Source of the DNA: an uncultured Chloroflexia bacterium
GTDB lineage: Bacteria; Chloroflexota; Limnocylindria; Limnocylindrales; CSP1-4
Length of the DNA stretch: 64,000 bases
Reading direction: 5' to 3'
Assembly: GCA_963712745.1 (NCBI GenBank)
Contig: CAVQJC010000004.1
Coordinates: 64,001 to 128,000, forward strand
Shown here: positions 28,002 to 42,551 of the stretch, in pieces
How positions within the stretch are numbered: position 1 is the stretch's first letter
Layout of the letters: each line of letters begins with the position of its first letter
Notes under the pieces: model-generated
What the model was told of the DNA's origin: nothing
The model's database searches: none
What the model saw: the letters and a program-made list of their open reading frames with translations, nothing else
Translations under genes and position numbers: made by a program

Positions 28002-28282
28002 ACGAAGCCGAGTCACACGTCGTCGAGTACTCAGCGGCAGCCGAACGCGAGCTCCGTCGACTACCGCCAGGCGACGCGGCGAGGACGCGTGGGCCAGTGT
28101 TGGCTCTCGGCCTCGAGCCACGACCATTTGGCGCCGTGCGAGTGCGGGGCACGGACTTCTGGCGCATCCGCGTAGGGCACCTGCGAGTGATATATGTCAT
28201 CGACGAGACGGAGCGTCGGGTCGTCGTCCTGCGTGTCGCCAGACGTTCGGAGTCGACCTACCGTCGCCTGCGCGACGAGTAG
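27998..28282 (+). CDS. Type II toxin, RelE/ParE family
   Basis: 94 aa basic; AERELRRL, PRPFG, WRIRVGHLRVIYVID, VLRVARR. Confidence 0.88.
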   Translation: MNEAESHVVEYSAAAERELRRLPPGDAARTRGPVLALGLEPRPFGAVRVRGTDFWRIRVGHLRVIYVIDETERRVVVLRVARRSESTYRRLRDE

Positions 28283-28288
28283 GCTGAC

Positions 28289-28960
28289 CTACCAGCCAGC
28301 ACCCGGGATGGCGTAGCCGTTGGGGTACTCGGCGCTGACCTGATACTCGGCCACCCGCTCCGCGAGCTTGAGGCAGGCGATGCCGTCCTCCGCGAGCGGT
28401 CGGAGCTGGGCACCATGGGCGCGCTCTCGATGGTGCAGCGAGGTGTTGACGAATTTGCCCATCTCGAGATGCTTGGTGGCCTCGAACACGAGCTTGATGC
28501 CGCGCGTCTCCGCGTGCTCGCCCATGCGCCGGAGGGAATCGACCGCGACGGCAGTCGCGTCGTCGACGTTGTCAGGCGTGATGGGCGCATGGATAGCCGT
28601 GCGATGGTCACCGACAGGGCCCCCAGCTCGGCCGCGAAATCGATGGTCGACCTCGTCTCCAAGACGGCCAGCTCGGCCGTCTTGGGCTCGGTCAGAGTCT
28701 TGTAGTCGGGGGAGTAGGGGTCCCACATCTGGCCCCAGCACTCGTTGACATTGGAGACCTCGAGGTCGAAGTCCGCCTTCAGTTGCTGGTGTGTCGCGAG
28801 GTAGTCCTCCATCGAGACACCCAGGCCGTAGCGGCCCCTGGGCGGGCAGATCTCGCTGGCGTCATAGCCGCAGCGCTTCAGCCGCTCGGACGTGACATGG
28901 GGCGACTTGTAGGCCTCTTCCTGGCCGAACGTGAGCTGGAAGTAGCTGAACTTGAACGGT
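28289..28960 (-). pseudogene. Fragmented sugar phosphate isomerase/epimerase (xylose isomerase-like TIM barrel)
   Basis: Two frames: GYDASEI...STIDFAAELGA then DSLRRMGEHAETRGIKLVFEA; the middle metal-binding part appears deleted. Confidence 0.6.
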
Positions 28961-29038
28961 GCACGTGAACTCGACTTGGGCCTCCCTCCTGGTCCGAGCA
29001 CAGACCGCTCGCATGGCCGGGACATCTCCCGGCAACCC

Positions 29039-29054
29039 TAGAACGGATGTGCTA
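29039..29054. promoter_or_regulatory. Putative LexA (SOS) box upstream of lhr
   Basis: TAGAACGGATGTGCTA, one mismatch to TAGAAC-N4-GTTCTA. Confidence 0.62.
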
Positions 29055-29086
29055 TTCACGCCCGATGGTGGTAGCATGCCGGTCCC

Positions 29087-33770
<4,684 letters not shown>

Positions 33771-33986
33771 CGCCCGAGCGCGACACGCTCTGCCGCACCG
33801 TGCGCCAGAGCTTCCCGGCCTCGGCGCTGATGGTGCTTGGGCGGTGCGGTGGGGTTAGTCATGGTTAGGAGGCCTCAGGGGTTGCACGGTGGCACCGAGT
33901 ACTGATGAGAGCGCCTTGTGGAGTCGTCCAGACGGGGTGAGGCTGGTGACACGGTTGAAGCTGTGGAGGAGTGCAGTCTCAGCCAA

Positions 33987-34162
33987 GGGATGGGACCGCG
34001 GAGAAGAGCGGTCCCATCCCGCCCAACACGACTGGTCACCGGACCAACCGGCGCCACGCGCGTGCGCGCTGGCGCTGGACAGTGGTGTTGGGGCGAGGCG
34101 CGTTCGATCTGGCGGCCAACCTTGAAGGTGGCCACCGGATCACCATGCCCGATGCCTCGGGC
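33987..34162. other. Cluster of consecutive hairpins in the lhr/glycosyltransferase intergenic region (candidate structured RNA)
   Basis: Stems at 33987-34020 (13 bp perfect), 34022-34092, 34106-34141 and 34147-34162. Confidence 0.4.
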
Positions 34163-34256
34163 GCCCGCCCGGCCCCATCTGGTTCCGGCTCACGCAACCG
34201 CGAACGCCGGGTCTACGGGCGGAGGGGCCGTCCGGGCCGGCGCTGCGGCTCGGCGA

Positions 34257-35189
34257 TCAGGTCGAGGTCGATCGGGCGGCTTCCGCGACGCCTGTACTGG
34301 AGTCCTCGGTGCCAGGCCGGACGTCGTCGCTATCGAGGCCGAAGAAGTGGCGGCCCTGATGGATGCCCGCCTCCTGGGCGCTCGCGAGTCGGCGCGGTGA
34401 GTGCCACCAGACCTCGACGGCACCGGTCACGATGTCGGCGATCTCGCGAATCTGCACACCCCAGGTGCGCCACTCGAACCAGCGTGGATGCGCCCACAGC
34501 CAGGGGACGGCCGCCCAGATGAGCAGGACGTAGTCGATGCGGAGAGGCCGCGGGAAGTTGATGACCAGTTCGAGCTGGCGTACGACCTCTGGCCAGACCG
34601 CCAAGGTGAGGATGCCGAACAGCAGCATCCAGGCGGCGCCCCAGAGCCGTGCACGCGGCGGCAGGATGAGGAAGAGCACGAGCGGGAACCACTTCAACAC
34701 CGCGGCCAGCGCCCACATGAACCCACCCAGGCGTGGCCCCACGAAGTGCGCAGCCCAGATGCCCATGGCGCAGAGGAGCGTGATGTTGCCGGTGTCCAGG
34801 GTGGCGGCCAGCGGGATCGTGATGATGGCCACGAGGATCGCTGTCGCAAGCGGGCGCTGGCGGTAGGCCCAGGCCACACTCCAGGCGAAGATGAGGATGT
34901 TGGCGGCCCGATAGACGAACCACGCGGTCTCCCAGGGCAGGGCCGCCCAGGGTGTGAACAGGGGCAGGGACCAGGACCAGTAGACATAGGGCATGTAGGG
35001 CGGCGGAGGGTTCAAGGGGTCGCCGCCACTGAGCCACAGCCGTACACCGCCCCAGTAGGCTCGGGCGTCTGCACCTACGAGGTCACCCCTTACGATGATC
35101 CAGACCGCGATGGCCGAGCCGCAGGCCACCAGGATGAGGATGGCGAGGAGGCGTCCCGGGTCACGCAGGAAGCTCACGTCTTGGCGCAT
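34257..35189 (-). CDS. Glycosyltransferase family 87 (GT-C, DUF2029-like) membrane protein
   Basis: DARAYW, PYVYW, LDTGNIT, LKWFP motifs; multi-TM. Confidence 0.75.
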   Translation of the reverse strand: MRQDVSFLRDPGRLLAILILVACGSAIAVWIIVRGDLVGADARAYWGGVRLWLSGGDPLNPPPPYMPYVYWSWSLPLFTPWAALPWETAWFVYRAANILIFAWSVAWAYRQRPLATAILVAIITIPLAATLDTGNITLLCAMGIWAAHFVGPRLGGFMWALAAVLKWFPLVLFLILPPRARLWGAAWMLLFGILTLAVWPEVVRQLELVINFPRPLRIDYVLLIWAAVPWLWAHPRWFEWRTWGVQIREIADIVTGAVEVWWHSPRRLASAQEAGIHQGRHFFGLDSDDVRPGTEDSSTGVAEAARSTST

Positions 35190-35302
35190 CGCTGCGCATG
35201 CTACCGCCGGGCGAGGGCGGCGGGCCGGACCACACAGCACAGGCGTCTATGGAGGGGAGCAGCGTCGCCCCTCGAACGACGCTGCCCGCTGCGCTGCTGC
35301 TG

Positions 35303-36148
35303 TCATTCGGCGGCTAGTGCCGCCTCGATGGGCGGCTCCGGCGCCTCGGGAAGCTCGCCGGGGAAGATGATTCCCTCGAGGTCCATGTTGAGGCCCCACG
35401 CGTCCTGCGACAGGATCGTAAGGGCCGACAGGCCCTCGTAGGCCCCCCTACCACGCCACTGCATCGCGTAGGCCATGGTTCCGTCCTCGGGCTGCTGGTA
35501 GCCCCAGTCCGTCGTCGACACCCAGTACCCGTCGTCGTTGGTGAGCACGGCACTGACATTGCGCACACCCCACGTGGGTAAGCCGGCGTACTTGTAGTAG
35601 TCGTGCACCGAGTACATGTTGCCGGTGAATCGGTGGTCGCCGACTTCCACAGGGCAGTGTGAGTAGGTCTCGCCCTCCACGACCGAGCCCCAGTCGGTCG
35701 GCGAGGTAGTCCCGTATTCCCCCTGGCGACACTTCATCGTGCCGGTGAAGCCTCCGAAGTCGGCAGGATCGATGTCGTGCATGGAAGCCCCGGGGAGAGG
35801 CGCGCGACCCTCCGGGGTGGGAACGGCCACGACGGCCAGGCCGCTGACCAATGCCAGGATGGCCATCGCGGCGACGATGCGGGCGACTGTGAACATGGAC
35901 TTGGATCTCCCTTCTGGTCGTGGGTCCTTCGCGTCGGCGCTACGCGTCGCGCCGATCCCGAAGGGGAACCACCTGAATGGCCACCAGCGCCGGCGCTGGG
36001 GCGTGCCAGAGAGTCGACTCAGGACGTCCGATCGGATAGGCGAGGGGAGCTCGCTCCTGTCCGGAAGCTCTTCGATGGAGTGCTCCAGCCAATCGCTGAG
36101 GTCGCGGCCGAGGGTTCGGTCGGTGCGTTCGTCGGTCACGTGATTCAT
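35303..36148 (-). CDS. Putative anti-sigma factor: cytoplasmic N-domain, single TM, extracellular beta-rich domain
   Basis: ATGA overlap with the ECF sigma stop; LSDWL...TPQRRRWWP N-terminus; hydrophobic segment IVAAMAILALVSGLAVVAV. Confidence 0.65.
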   Translation of the reverse strand: MNHVTDERTDRTLGRDLSDWLEHSIEELPDRSELPSPIRSDVLSRLSGTPQRRRWWPFRWFPFGIGATRSADAKDPRPEGRSKSMFTVARIVAAMAILALVSGLAVVAVPTPEGRAPLPGASMHDIDPADFGGFTGTMKCRQGEYGTTSPTDWGSVVEGETYSHCPVEVGDHRFTGNMYSVHDYYKYAGLPTWGVRNVSAVLTNDDGYWVSTTDWGYQQPEDGTMAYAMQWRGRGAYEGLSALTILSQDAWGLNMDLEGIIFPGELPEAPEPPIEAALAAE

Positions 36149-36720
36149 CGCGTGGCCTCCTGTTTGACCGGTGACGGCGGGCACTGGAGCACCAGTGCCC
36201 GCTCATCAGCGTCTATGGCCGCATGCAGTGAGTGCAGGGCACGGTGGAGCCGGGAGTGGACCGTGCCCACGGGCATCCCCAGTTGATCGGCGATGACCGC
36301 CGGTGGCAGATCGAGGTAGAAGTTGAGGACGACGAGCAGGCGCTGGTCCACGTTGAGCCGCCGGAAACCCCGCTCGATCCGGTCTCGAGCGATCACCGTG
36401 GCCGTGTCGTCGGCCACGGATGGCTCGGGCATGGGACGCTCGAGGGAGATCGGCAGCCAGTGACTGGCACGACGCGCCTCCGCGTGGCAGTTGCGCACCA
36501 GGATGCGGCAGGTCCAGGCCTCGAACCGATCGGGGTCACGCAGGCGCGGCAGGTCCTGCCACGCGGTCAGCAGTGTCTGTTGGGTCGCATCGCGGGCCAG
36601 CTCCCGATCGCGCAGGACGCTGTAGGCGATGGCATGGAGACGCCCGCCGATGGCATCGACGAGGTCGCTGAAGGCTCCGCGATCCCCCTGCTGTGCCCGG
36701 ACCACCAGACTGCTGTCCAT
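36145..36720 (-). CDS. ECF (sigma-70 group 4) RNA polymerase sigma factor
   Basis: RAQQGDRGAF, ARDATQQTLLTAWQDLPRLRDPDRFEAW, IADQLGMPVGTVHSRLHRA. Confidence 0.92.
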   Translation of the reverse strand: MDSSLVVRAQQGDRGAFSDLVDAIGGRLHAIAYSVLRDRELARDATQQTLLTAWQDLPRLRDPDRFEAWTCRILVRNCHAEARRASHWLPISLERPMPEPSVADDTATVIARDRIERGFRRLNVDQRLLVVLNFYLDLPPAVIADQLGMPVGTVHSRLHRALHSLHAAIDADERALVLQCPPSPVKQEATR

Positions 36721-36794
36721 GCCCCCACTCGCTCACGGCGGTCGAGCGCCGCCTCTACATGGTATGTGTCCCGAGAAGGGGCTCCGCTTCCATC

Positions 36795-37129
36795 TTCAGG
36801 GTCCGCGACAGCGGCATAGGCGTCTCGTGGTGCACCGACGTCGGTGTCGCTCGATTCGACCTCGAGAAGCTGTCTGGATTTCCGCGCCATCGCGTAGCAG
36901 ACGCACACCAGCAAGCGACAGACCAGGCGTCGAAGCGAGCTGGATCGCGCAGGCGGGGCAGATCTTGTCACGTGTGGAGCAGCCCCTGCTGGACGGCATC
37001 CTCGGCGAGCGCCACGTCTCGCAGGATGCGGTAGGCGACCGCGTGGAAGCGTGCCCCGACCTCGACGGCCAGCATGGCGAACGCCGCCTGGTCGCCCTCT
37101 TGCGCCCGGATCACGAGCTCTTCGTCCAT
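36795..37129 (-). pseudogene. ECF sigma factor pseudogene, paralog of the adjacent gene
   Basis: MDEELVIRAQEGDQAAF...AEDAVQQGLLHT*QDLPRLRDPARFDAWS, with TGA at 36970-36968 replacing Trp, then a frameshift to CRLLV; region 4 absent. Confidence 0.8.
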
Positions 37130-37254
37130 CCGCCTTCGCGTCGCCGCTGCTGCGGCTTCTGCTCAGTACGGGGACGTCTCAGCCGAACGTGGGTCAAGGT
37201 CTTGCGATCCCGGCCCACCTTGCCCACGAGGTAGGGCGATCTCAGTGCCGGAGG

Positions 37255-37545
37255 TCAGCGGGGGAAGGTACTCCCGCATGTGTCGCAGACGGTGTAGAGG
37301 CCATGTCGCTCGCGGTTGTAGCCCACGATGTGCAGCCGGCCCTCGATGCAGGCTGGGCAGACCCATGTCCACCACTTGACCGGAGCCCCGTTCTCGCCGG
37401 GATCGGACTCACCCAGCGGGGATGCCTCTGCGGCGACCCGGTCCTCGAGGCCTTCGTTGTCAGAGAACGCCTGCGCGACGGCGGCCGCGCGTTCATCCTC
37501 CGATTCGCTGCTGTAGGGGTAGCTCTGGCTGACGTTCGAACTCAA
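37255..37545 (-). CDS. Small hypothetical protein with a C-terminal zinc ribbon
   Basis: CPAC...CDTC; AGGAG SD before TTG 37545. Confidence 0.65.
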   Translation of the reverse strand: MSSNVSQSYPYSSESEDERAAAVAQAFSDNEGLEDRVAAEASPLGESDPGENGAPVKWWTWVCPACIEGRLHIVGYNRERHGLYTVCDTCGSTFPR

Positions 37546-37634
37546 TGGACGGTGGCTCCTGGGCTGTGGGAACGGCCAGCCGTGAGGGCTGCGCGCTGCG
37601 CGACCGGCCAGGTCTCGAGTATAGATGGTGGCCT

Positions 37635-39290
37635 TCACCAGGCGGCGGCGGACCCCTCCGAGCGTGGGTCGGCCGCGGCGGCATACGAGGCCACCTCATC
37701 GTGCTCGTCGCGGATGATCTCGATGGCGTGAGCATGGCCCATTGAGGGTGCCCAGGGCTCGACCACGATGACCTCGTGCCCCTTCGAGGAGAGCGCGGCC
37801 GGGACCGCCGGGTGGACGCGCGACTCGATCTCGGCCAGGTCCGCCGGTCCGAGATGCGAACGCATCATGGCGGCCCAGCGTGGAGCGGCCACCGCGGTCG
37901 CTACGTCGGCCCCACCGTCCACCACCGCCGACACGAACTGGGCGAAGACTTGAGGCTGGATCTCCCCACCCATCGAGCCATGCACCATCCAGGGATGGCC
38001 ATCCCGTAGCAGCATGCCCGGCGCGAGCGTATGCGTCGGACGCTTGCCCGGGGCCAGCGCGTTGGGGTGGGCCCGATCGAGGCGGAAGAACGCGCCGCGG
38101 TCGTGGAAGGCGATGCCGGTGGCGGGATCGACCAGGCCAGAGCCGAACCCCTGGTAGTTCGACTGCAGGAGGCTGACCGCGTTGCCCCACTGGTCGGTGG
38201 CGGCGATGTACACGGTGCCGCCACCTCTCGGCAACGTCCCGGGTGGGAGTGAGCGGACGCGCGCTGGATCGATCCGACCGGCCAGGCGGTCGAGACGATC
38301 TGCGGTGAGCATGGCCTGCACCTCGCCGGCGGCCATGTGCGCCGCGTCGGTGACCCAAGTGTCGCGCTCGGTGAGGGCCAGCCTTGAGGCCTCCAGCCCA
38401 AGGTGGATCCATCCGGCATCGGCCCAGCCATGTCCGTCCCAGGCAGACCGGTCCGGTGCGGCGAAGCGGCCGAGCATGCCCAGGGTCTGCAGGGCCACCA
38501 CGCCGACGCTGTTCGGCGGGTGGCTGAGTGAGGTCACGCCGCGGTAGTCGACGGCCAGGGGCACGTCCCAGTCGGACGTGTGCGCGGCCAGGTCACCAGC
38601 CGTGATGGGCACGCCGCACGAGGCGAAGTAGGCCATGGTGTCCTGGGCCACGGAGCCGGTGTACGCAGCCTCCGCCCCTTCGGCGAACAGCCGGCGCAGC
38701 GTCCCCTCCAGCGCGGGCAGATGAACGCGTCGGCCGGGTCGCAGGGCCCGATCATCGGGCCGGTACACGGCTGCCCAGTCGCCCTCGGTACCGAAGACGT
38801 GCGCGGAGTGCTCCACCGCATCGAGCCAGCCCTGAGAAGCCGGAAAGCCAGAGGCCAGGTCGATGGCCGGTGTCAGCAGGAAGCTCCAGTCAAGCCGGCC
38901 GTAGCGCCTGTGTGCTTCGCCCCACGAGTGGACAGCGCCCGGAACCGTGACCGACCACGGCCCGCGCTCGGGCATGGTCGCGAAACCCGCTTCGGCGGCA
39001 GCTTCGATGGTGGCCGCGCTCCCAGCGCGGCCGCTGCCGTTGAGGGTCAGCGCCTCGGCGCGGCCTGCATCCCAGATGATCCAGAAGGCATCGCCCCCCA
39101 GCCCACAACTGTGGCCGGCCACCACGGAGAGCGCCGCGTTCGTGGCGATAGCGGCGTCGACGGCAGAGCCACCGGTGCGGAGCACGAGCAATCCGGCCTG
39201 GGTGGCGAGGTGGTGGGGGCTGGCCACGGCACCGTGCTTTCCCCGTACGGGCCTGGCCGGGACGGTGGCCGGTTCGCGTGGTGCGCTCAC
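37635..39290 (-). CDS. ggt: Gamma-glutamyltransferase family protein
   Basis: GGSAVDAAIA, GLGGDAF, TVPG, autocleavage T in GGTVYIAA, PGKRPTHTL, GSMGGEIQPQ, AADPRSEG. Confidence 0.9.
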   Translation of the reverse strand: MSAPREPATVPARPVRGKHGAVASPHHLATQAGLLVLRTGGSAVDAAIATNAALSVVAGHSCGLGGDAFWIIWDAGRAEALTLNGSGRAGSAATIEAAAEAGFATMPERGPWSVTVPGAVHSWGEAHRRYGRLDWSFLLTPAIDLASGFPASQGWLDAVEHSAHVFGTEGDWAAVYRPDDRALRPGRRVHLPALEGTLRRLFAEGAEAAYTGSVAQDTMAYFASCGVPITAGDLAAHTSDWDVPLAVDYRGVTSLSHPPNSVGVVALQTLGMLGRFAAPDRSAWDGHGWADAGWIHLGLEASRLALTERDTWVTDAAHMAAGEVQAMLTADRLDRLAGRIDPARVRSLPPGTLPRGGGTVYIAATDQWGNAVSLLQSNYQGFGSGLVDPATGIAFHDRGAFFRLDRAHPNALAPGKRPTHTLAPGMLLRDGHPWMVHGSMGGEIQPQVFAQFVSAVVDGGADVATAVAAPRWAAMMRSHLGPADLAEIESRVHPAVPAALSSKGHEVIVVEPWAPSMGHAHAIEIIRDEHDEVASYAAAADPRSEGSAAAW

Positions 39291-39297
39291 GTCGCCA

Positions 39298-40820
39298 TCA
39301 CGCCGCACCGAGCCTGCCTGCGGTCGGCGGAGCCATCGTTGCGGCCGGGAAGCGCACGCCTACCCGGGCGCCCTTGTCTACCACGTTCTCGGCGAACACT
39401 TGACCGCCGAGGGCTTCCGCCAGGTCACGCACGATGGCCAGGCCCAAGCCGGAACCACGGTTGGTGCGCGAGGGGTCACCCCGGTAGAAGCGGTCGAACA
39501 CGTGGGGGAGGGCGGCACTGGGGATGCCGGGGCCGTCATCCAACACCGCCAGCGTGATTCCCCCGCTGACGCCGTCAGCTCCAGCGTGACGTGCCCGCCC
39601 GGCGCCGGGGCATGGCGCAGCGCGTTGTCGATGAGGTTGCCGAGGATGCGATCGAGAGCGTCGCGGTCCGCGGTCAGGGTGCCTCCGGCGGCATCATCAG
39701 CGACCAGCAGCTGCTGGTCGCGGCTCTCGGCCTCTGCCGCGAATCGATCCACGGCCGCTCGAGCGACCTCGAGGCTGTCGACGGATTCGACACGCAGTGG
39801 CGGGCTGGCCACGCCCGGGACGGTGAGATGGTCGAGATCATCGAGCATCCGCTCGAGGCGGCCGGCTTCGTCGGAGATGGCCTCGGCCGCCCTCACGGCG
39901 GACTCGCCGCTGGCGGTCCCATCCCGGAGTGCTTCGGAGAAGCCAGCGATGACGGTCAGGGGCGTGCGCAGGTCGTGGCGGATGTCGGCCAGCAGCTGTC
40001 GCTGCGCCTCGCGGGTCGCATCCACCTCGGCGGCCATGGCATTGAAGGCGGTGCTGGCCTCGGCGACCTCGAGTGGGCCGCTCGTCGGCAGCGGCTCAGG
40101 CACCTTGCCGGCGGCCACGTCGGCGGTGGCGGCGGAGAGTCGTCGCAGCGGTCGCGTGACCGAGCGGCTCAGGCCCACGGCCATGGGGATGCCGACCACC
40201 AGCAACACGAGGCCGGCCAGCGTGAGCGCACGGACCAGGTCGGCCGTGGCCAGGGCCGCCGAATTGTCCTCGCGCATGAGGACCAGCACCGGCAGCTCGC
40301 GGTCCGCGCGTGGGCGGCGGATGGAGGTGGCTGCGTACAGCACCGGGCCGATCTCGGCCATCTGGCTCTTGCCCGTGACGACTTCGCCGCCAGACTCGGG
40401 CAACGTCAGGGGCGAGAGGTCATCGACGATGCCGATCTCACCACTGGCCGGCGAACGAACCACGGACGAGCCGTCCTGGACCAGCATCACGGTGATACCC
40501 GCGGCGTCGATCTCGTCCTGCGCCTCACGCACGAAGGCGGTGAACTCGGCGATCGCGCGCCCTCCCGCCTGGCTGTCGCGGAGCCAGTCGACGACCTCCC
40601 GCGTGGGCCGATCGTTCGGACTGCGCCGACGGAGCGCCTCGGCCGGGAGTTGCTGTCCGGCCCGCACCGCATAGGGGATGGTCAGCTCGGCCAGGGCGCC
40701 CGCGGCCGCGTCCTGGTGCAGGTCGCGCAGGGAGACCCAGACCGCTCCACCCATGGCCATGAGCGTGACCAGTGCGAAGACCAGCAGGGTGAGCCCGATG
40801 CGGCCGCGGAGGGTCCTCAC
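39298..40820 (-). CDS. HAMP-domain sensor histidine kinase; apparent 1-nt frameshift in a G-run near 39560
   Basis: 2 TM + HAMP, HDLRTPL, NLIDNALRH; the other frame supplies DDGPGI, FDRFYRGD, GSGLGL. Confidence 0.87.
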
Positions 40821-41506
40821 CCGGGGCGCGCCCGGGGTGGTGGCACGAGGCGATAGCCGATGCCCTTGACGGTCTCGATGGGAGGGGCATCATCCCCGAG
40901 CTTGCGCCGAAGCTCGGAGATGTGGACGTCGACGGTGCGGGTCTCGCCGGGGAAGTCCGTGCCCCACACCGATGAGAGCAGGTCGTCCCGGCTCCAGACC
41001 ACGCCCGGATCCCGTGCGAGGGCGGCCAGGAGGTCGAACTCGCGGGGCCGCAGTTCGAGCCGGCGTTCGCCCACGTAGGCCTCGCGGCGGCGGGGATCGA
41101 CCCGCAGGTTGCCGACGTCCATCGGCCGGGAGCCGCGCAGGGCCGGATCGGCACGCCGAAGGATGGCCTTGACCCGGGCCACCATCTCGCGCGGATTGAA
41201 CGGCTTGGTCAGGTAATCATCCGCGCCCAGCTCCAGGCCGACGATGCGGTCGATGTCCTCGCTGCGGGCGGTGAGCATGAGGATCGGGGTCTCCCCGCGC
41301 CGGCGGACCTCACGCGTCACCTCCATGCCGTCGAGCTTGGGCATCATCAGGTCGAGCACGATGAGATCGGGGTCGATGCGATCGTGCTGGTCGAGCGCTT
41401 CCTGGCCATCGCGCGCCTCGACCACCTTGTATCCGGCTTGTTCGAGGTAGAGGCGCTCGAGTTCGATGATGTTGCGTTCGTCATCGACGACGAGGATGGT
41501 CTTCAC
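40817..41506 (-). CDS. OmpR/PhoB family response regulator
   Basis: ILVVDDE, LDLMMP, LTAR, GADDYLTKPF, RTVDVHI, TVKGIGY. Confidence 0.94.
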   Translation of the reverse strand: MKTILVVDDERNIIELERLYLEQAGYKVVEARDGQEALDQHDRIDPDLIVLDLMMPKLDGMEVTREVRRRGETPILMLTARSEDIDRIVGLELGADDYLTKPFNPREMVARVKAILRRADPALRGSRPMDVGNLRVDPRRREAYVGERRLELRPREFDLLAALARDPGVVWSRDDLLSSVWGTDFPGETRTVDVHISELRRKLGDDAPPIETVKGIGYRLVPPPRARPG

Positions 41507-41591
41507 CGCGGGAGCATAGCCGCGGTGATGCGGCGCATGTCCGCGCTGGATGTCAGCACCATGTAAGTGCCCCACCCGCTACGCTCGGGTC

Positions 41592-42455
41592 ATGGGAACG
41601 TGGGGGCCGGCCGAACCGGATGCGCTTCGGCCGAGCGAGGCTGCAGCGTCGGAGGCGTGGAGCCGGCGTGTGGGCGCTCAGCGCGAGCAGCTGCACCGCC
41701 TGCGCGAGGTCGAGGATCCCGACGACTTCTACGCGCCCATGGCCAAGCGTTTCGGCCAGGATCCCCACCGCACCGATGAGCCGGCCCTGGAGGTCCTGCG
41801 CGGGATGGCACGGCCGGGTGAGACCTGGCTGGATATCGGGTCCGGCGGTGGCCGGTACTCTCTGCCGCTGGCGCTGCTGGCGCGGCGCGTCCTGGCCGTG
41901 GAGCCATCCCCGTCGATGCTCGCTGTCCTGCGCCAGGGCATGCTGGAGCACGGCCTTGACAACATCGACATCTACGAGGGTCACTGGCCACTCGAGCGCG
42001 AGTGCCCGCCGGCCGACGTCGCACTGATGGCCCACGTCGGCTACGACATCGAGGGCTTCCCGGCGTTCCTCGACGCGGCCGAGGCCGCGGTATCCGGCCG
42101 ATGCCTCGCCATCATGCGCTGCAGCAGTGCGACCGCTGCGGGGCATCTGCTGTGGCACGAGATCCATGGCGAACCGCGCATCGCCTACCCGATGCTCGAG
42201 GAGCTGGTCACGCTCCTGTTCGCTCGGGGCGTGGTTCCGGAAGTCACCCTCACCCAGCGCGGCACCTGGGGCTACGACACACGTGCAGAACTGCTCGAAG
42301 CCGCGCGAAGGCAGCTATGGCTGCGACCCGGTTCGGCCAAGGACCGGCGCCTCGTGCGGCTGATCGAGGAGCGCTCCACCGAGCGCGACCACCAATGGGC
42401 GCTCGACTGGTCCTCGATGCAGGATGGCATCGTGGCCTGGACCCCACGCGCCTGA
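41592..42455 (+). CDS. Class I SAM-dependent methyltransferase
   Basis: WLDIGSGGG, AVEPSPSM. Confidence 0.82.
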   Translation: MGTWGPAEPDALRPSEAAASEAWSRRVGAQREQLHRLREVEDPDDFYAPMAKRFGQDPHRTDEPALEVLRGMARPGETWLDIGSGGGRYSLPLALLARRVLAVEPSPSMLAVLRQGMLEHGLDNIDIYEGHWPLERECPPADVALMAHVGYDIEGFPAFLDAAEAAVSGRCLAIMRCSSATAAGHLLWHEIHGEPRIAYPMLEELVTLLFARGVVPEVTLTQRGTWGYDTRAELLEAARRQLWLRPGSAKDRRLVRLIEERSTERDHQWALDWSSMQDGIVAWTPRA

Positions 42456-42551
42456 GCTACGCGAGACGCTGGGCACCGCGTTCGAGCATGCCCGTGCACG
42501 CATCGCGCGGGGGGCGGGTTCGTGCCCGCTTCGCGCTCGATCCAGGGCGAT

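Noticed and set aside
33901-33960. Hammerhead ribozyme suggested by CTGATGAG
   Set aside because: No downstream GAAA core or compatible stems
36968-36970. TGA recoding (Trp or Sec) in the second sigma gene
   Set aside because: A frameshift and truncation follow, and TGA is a normal stop throughout the window
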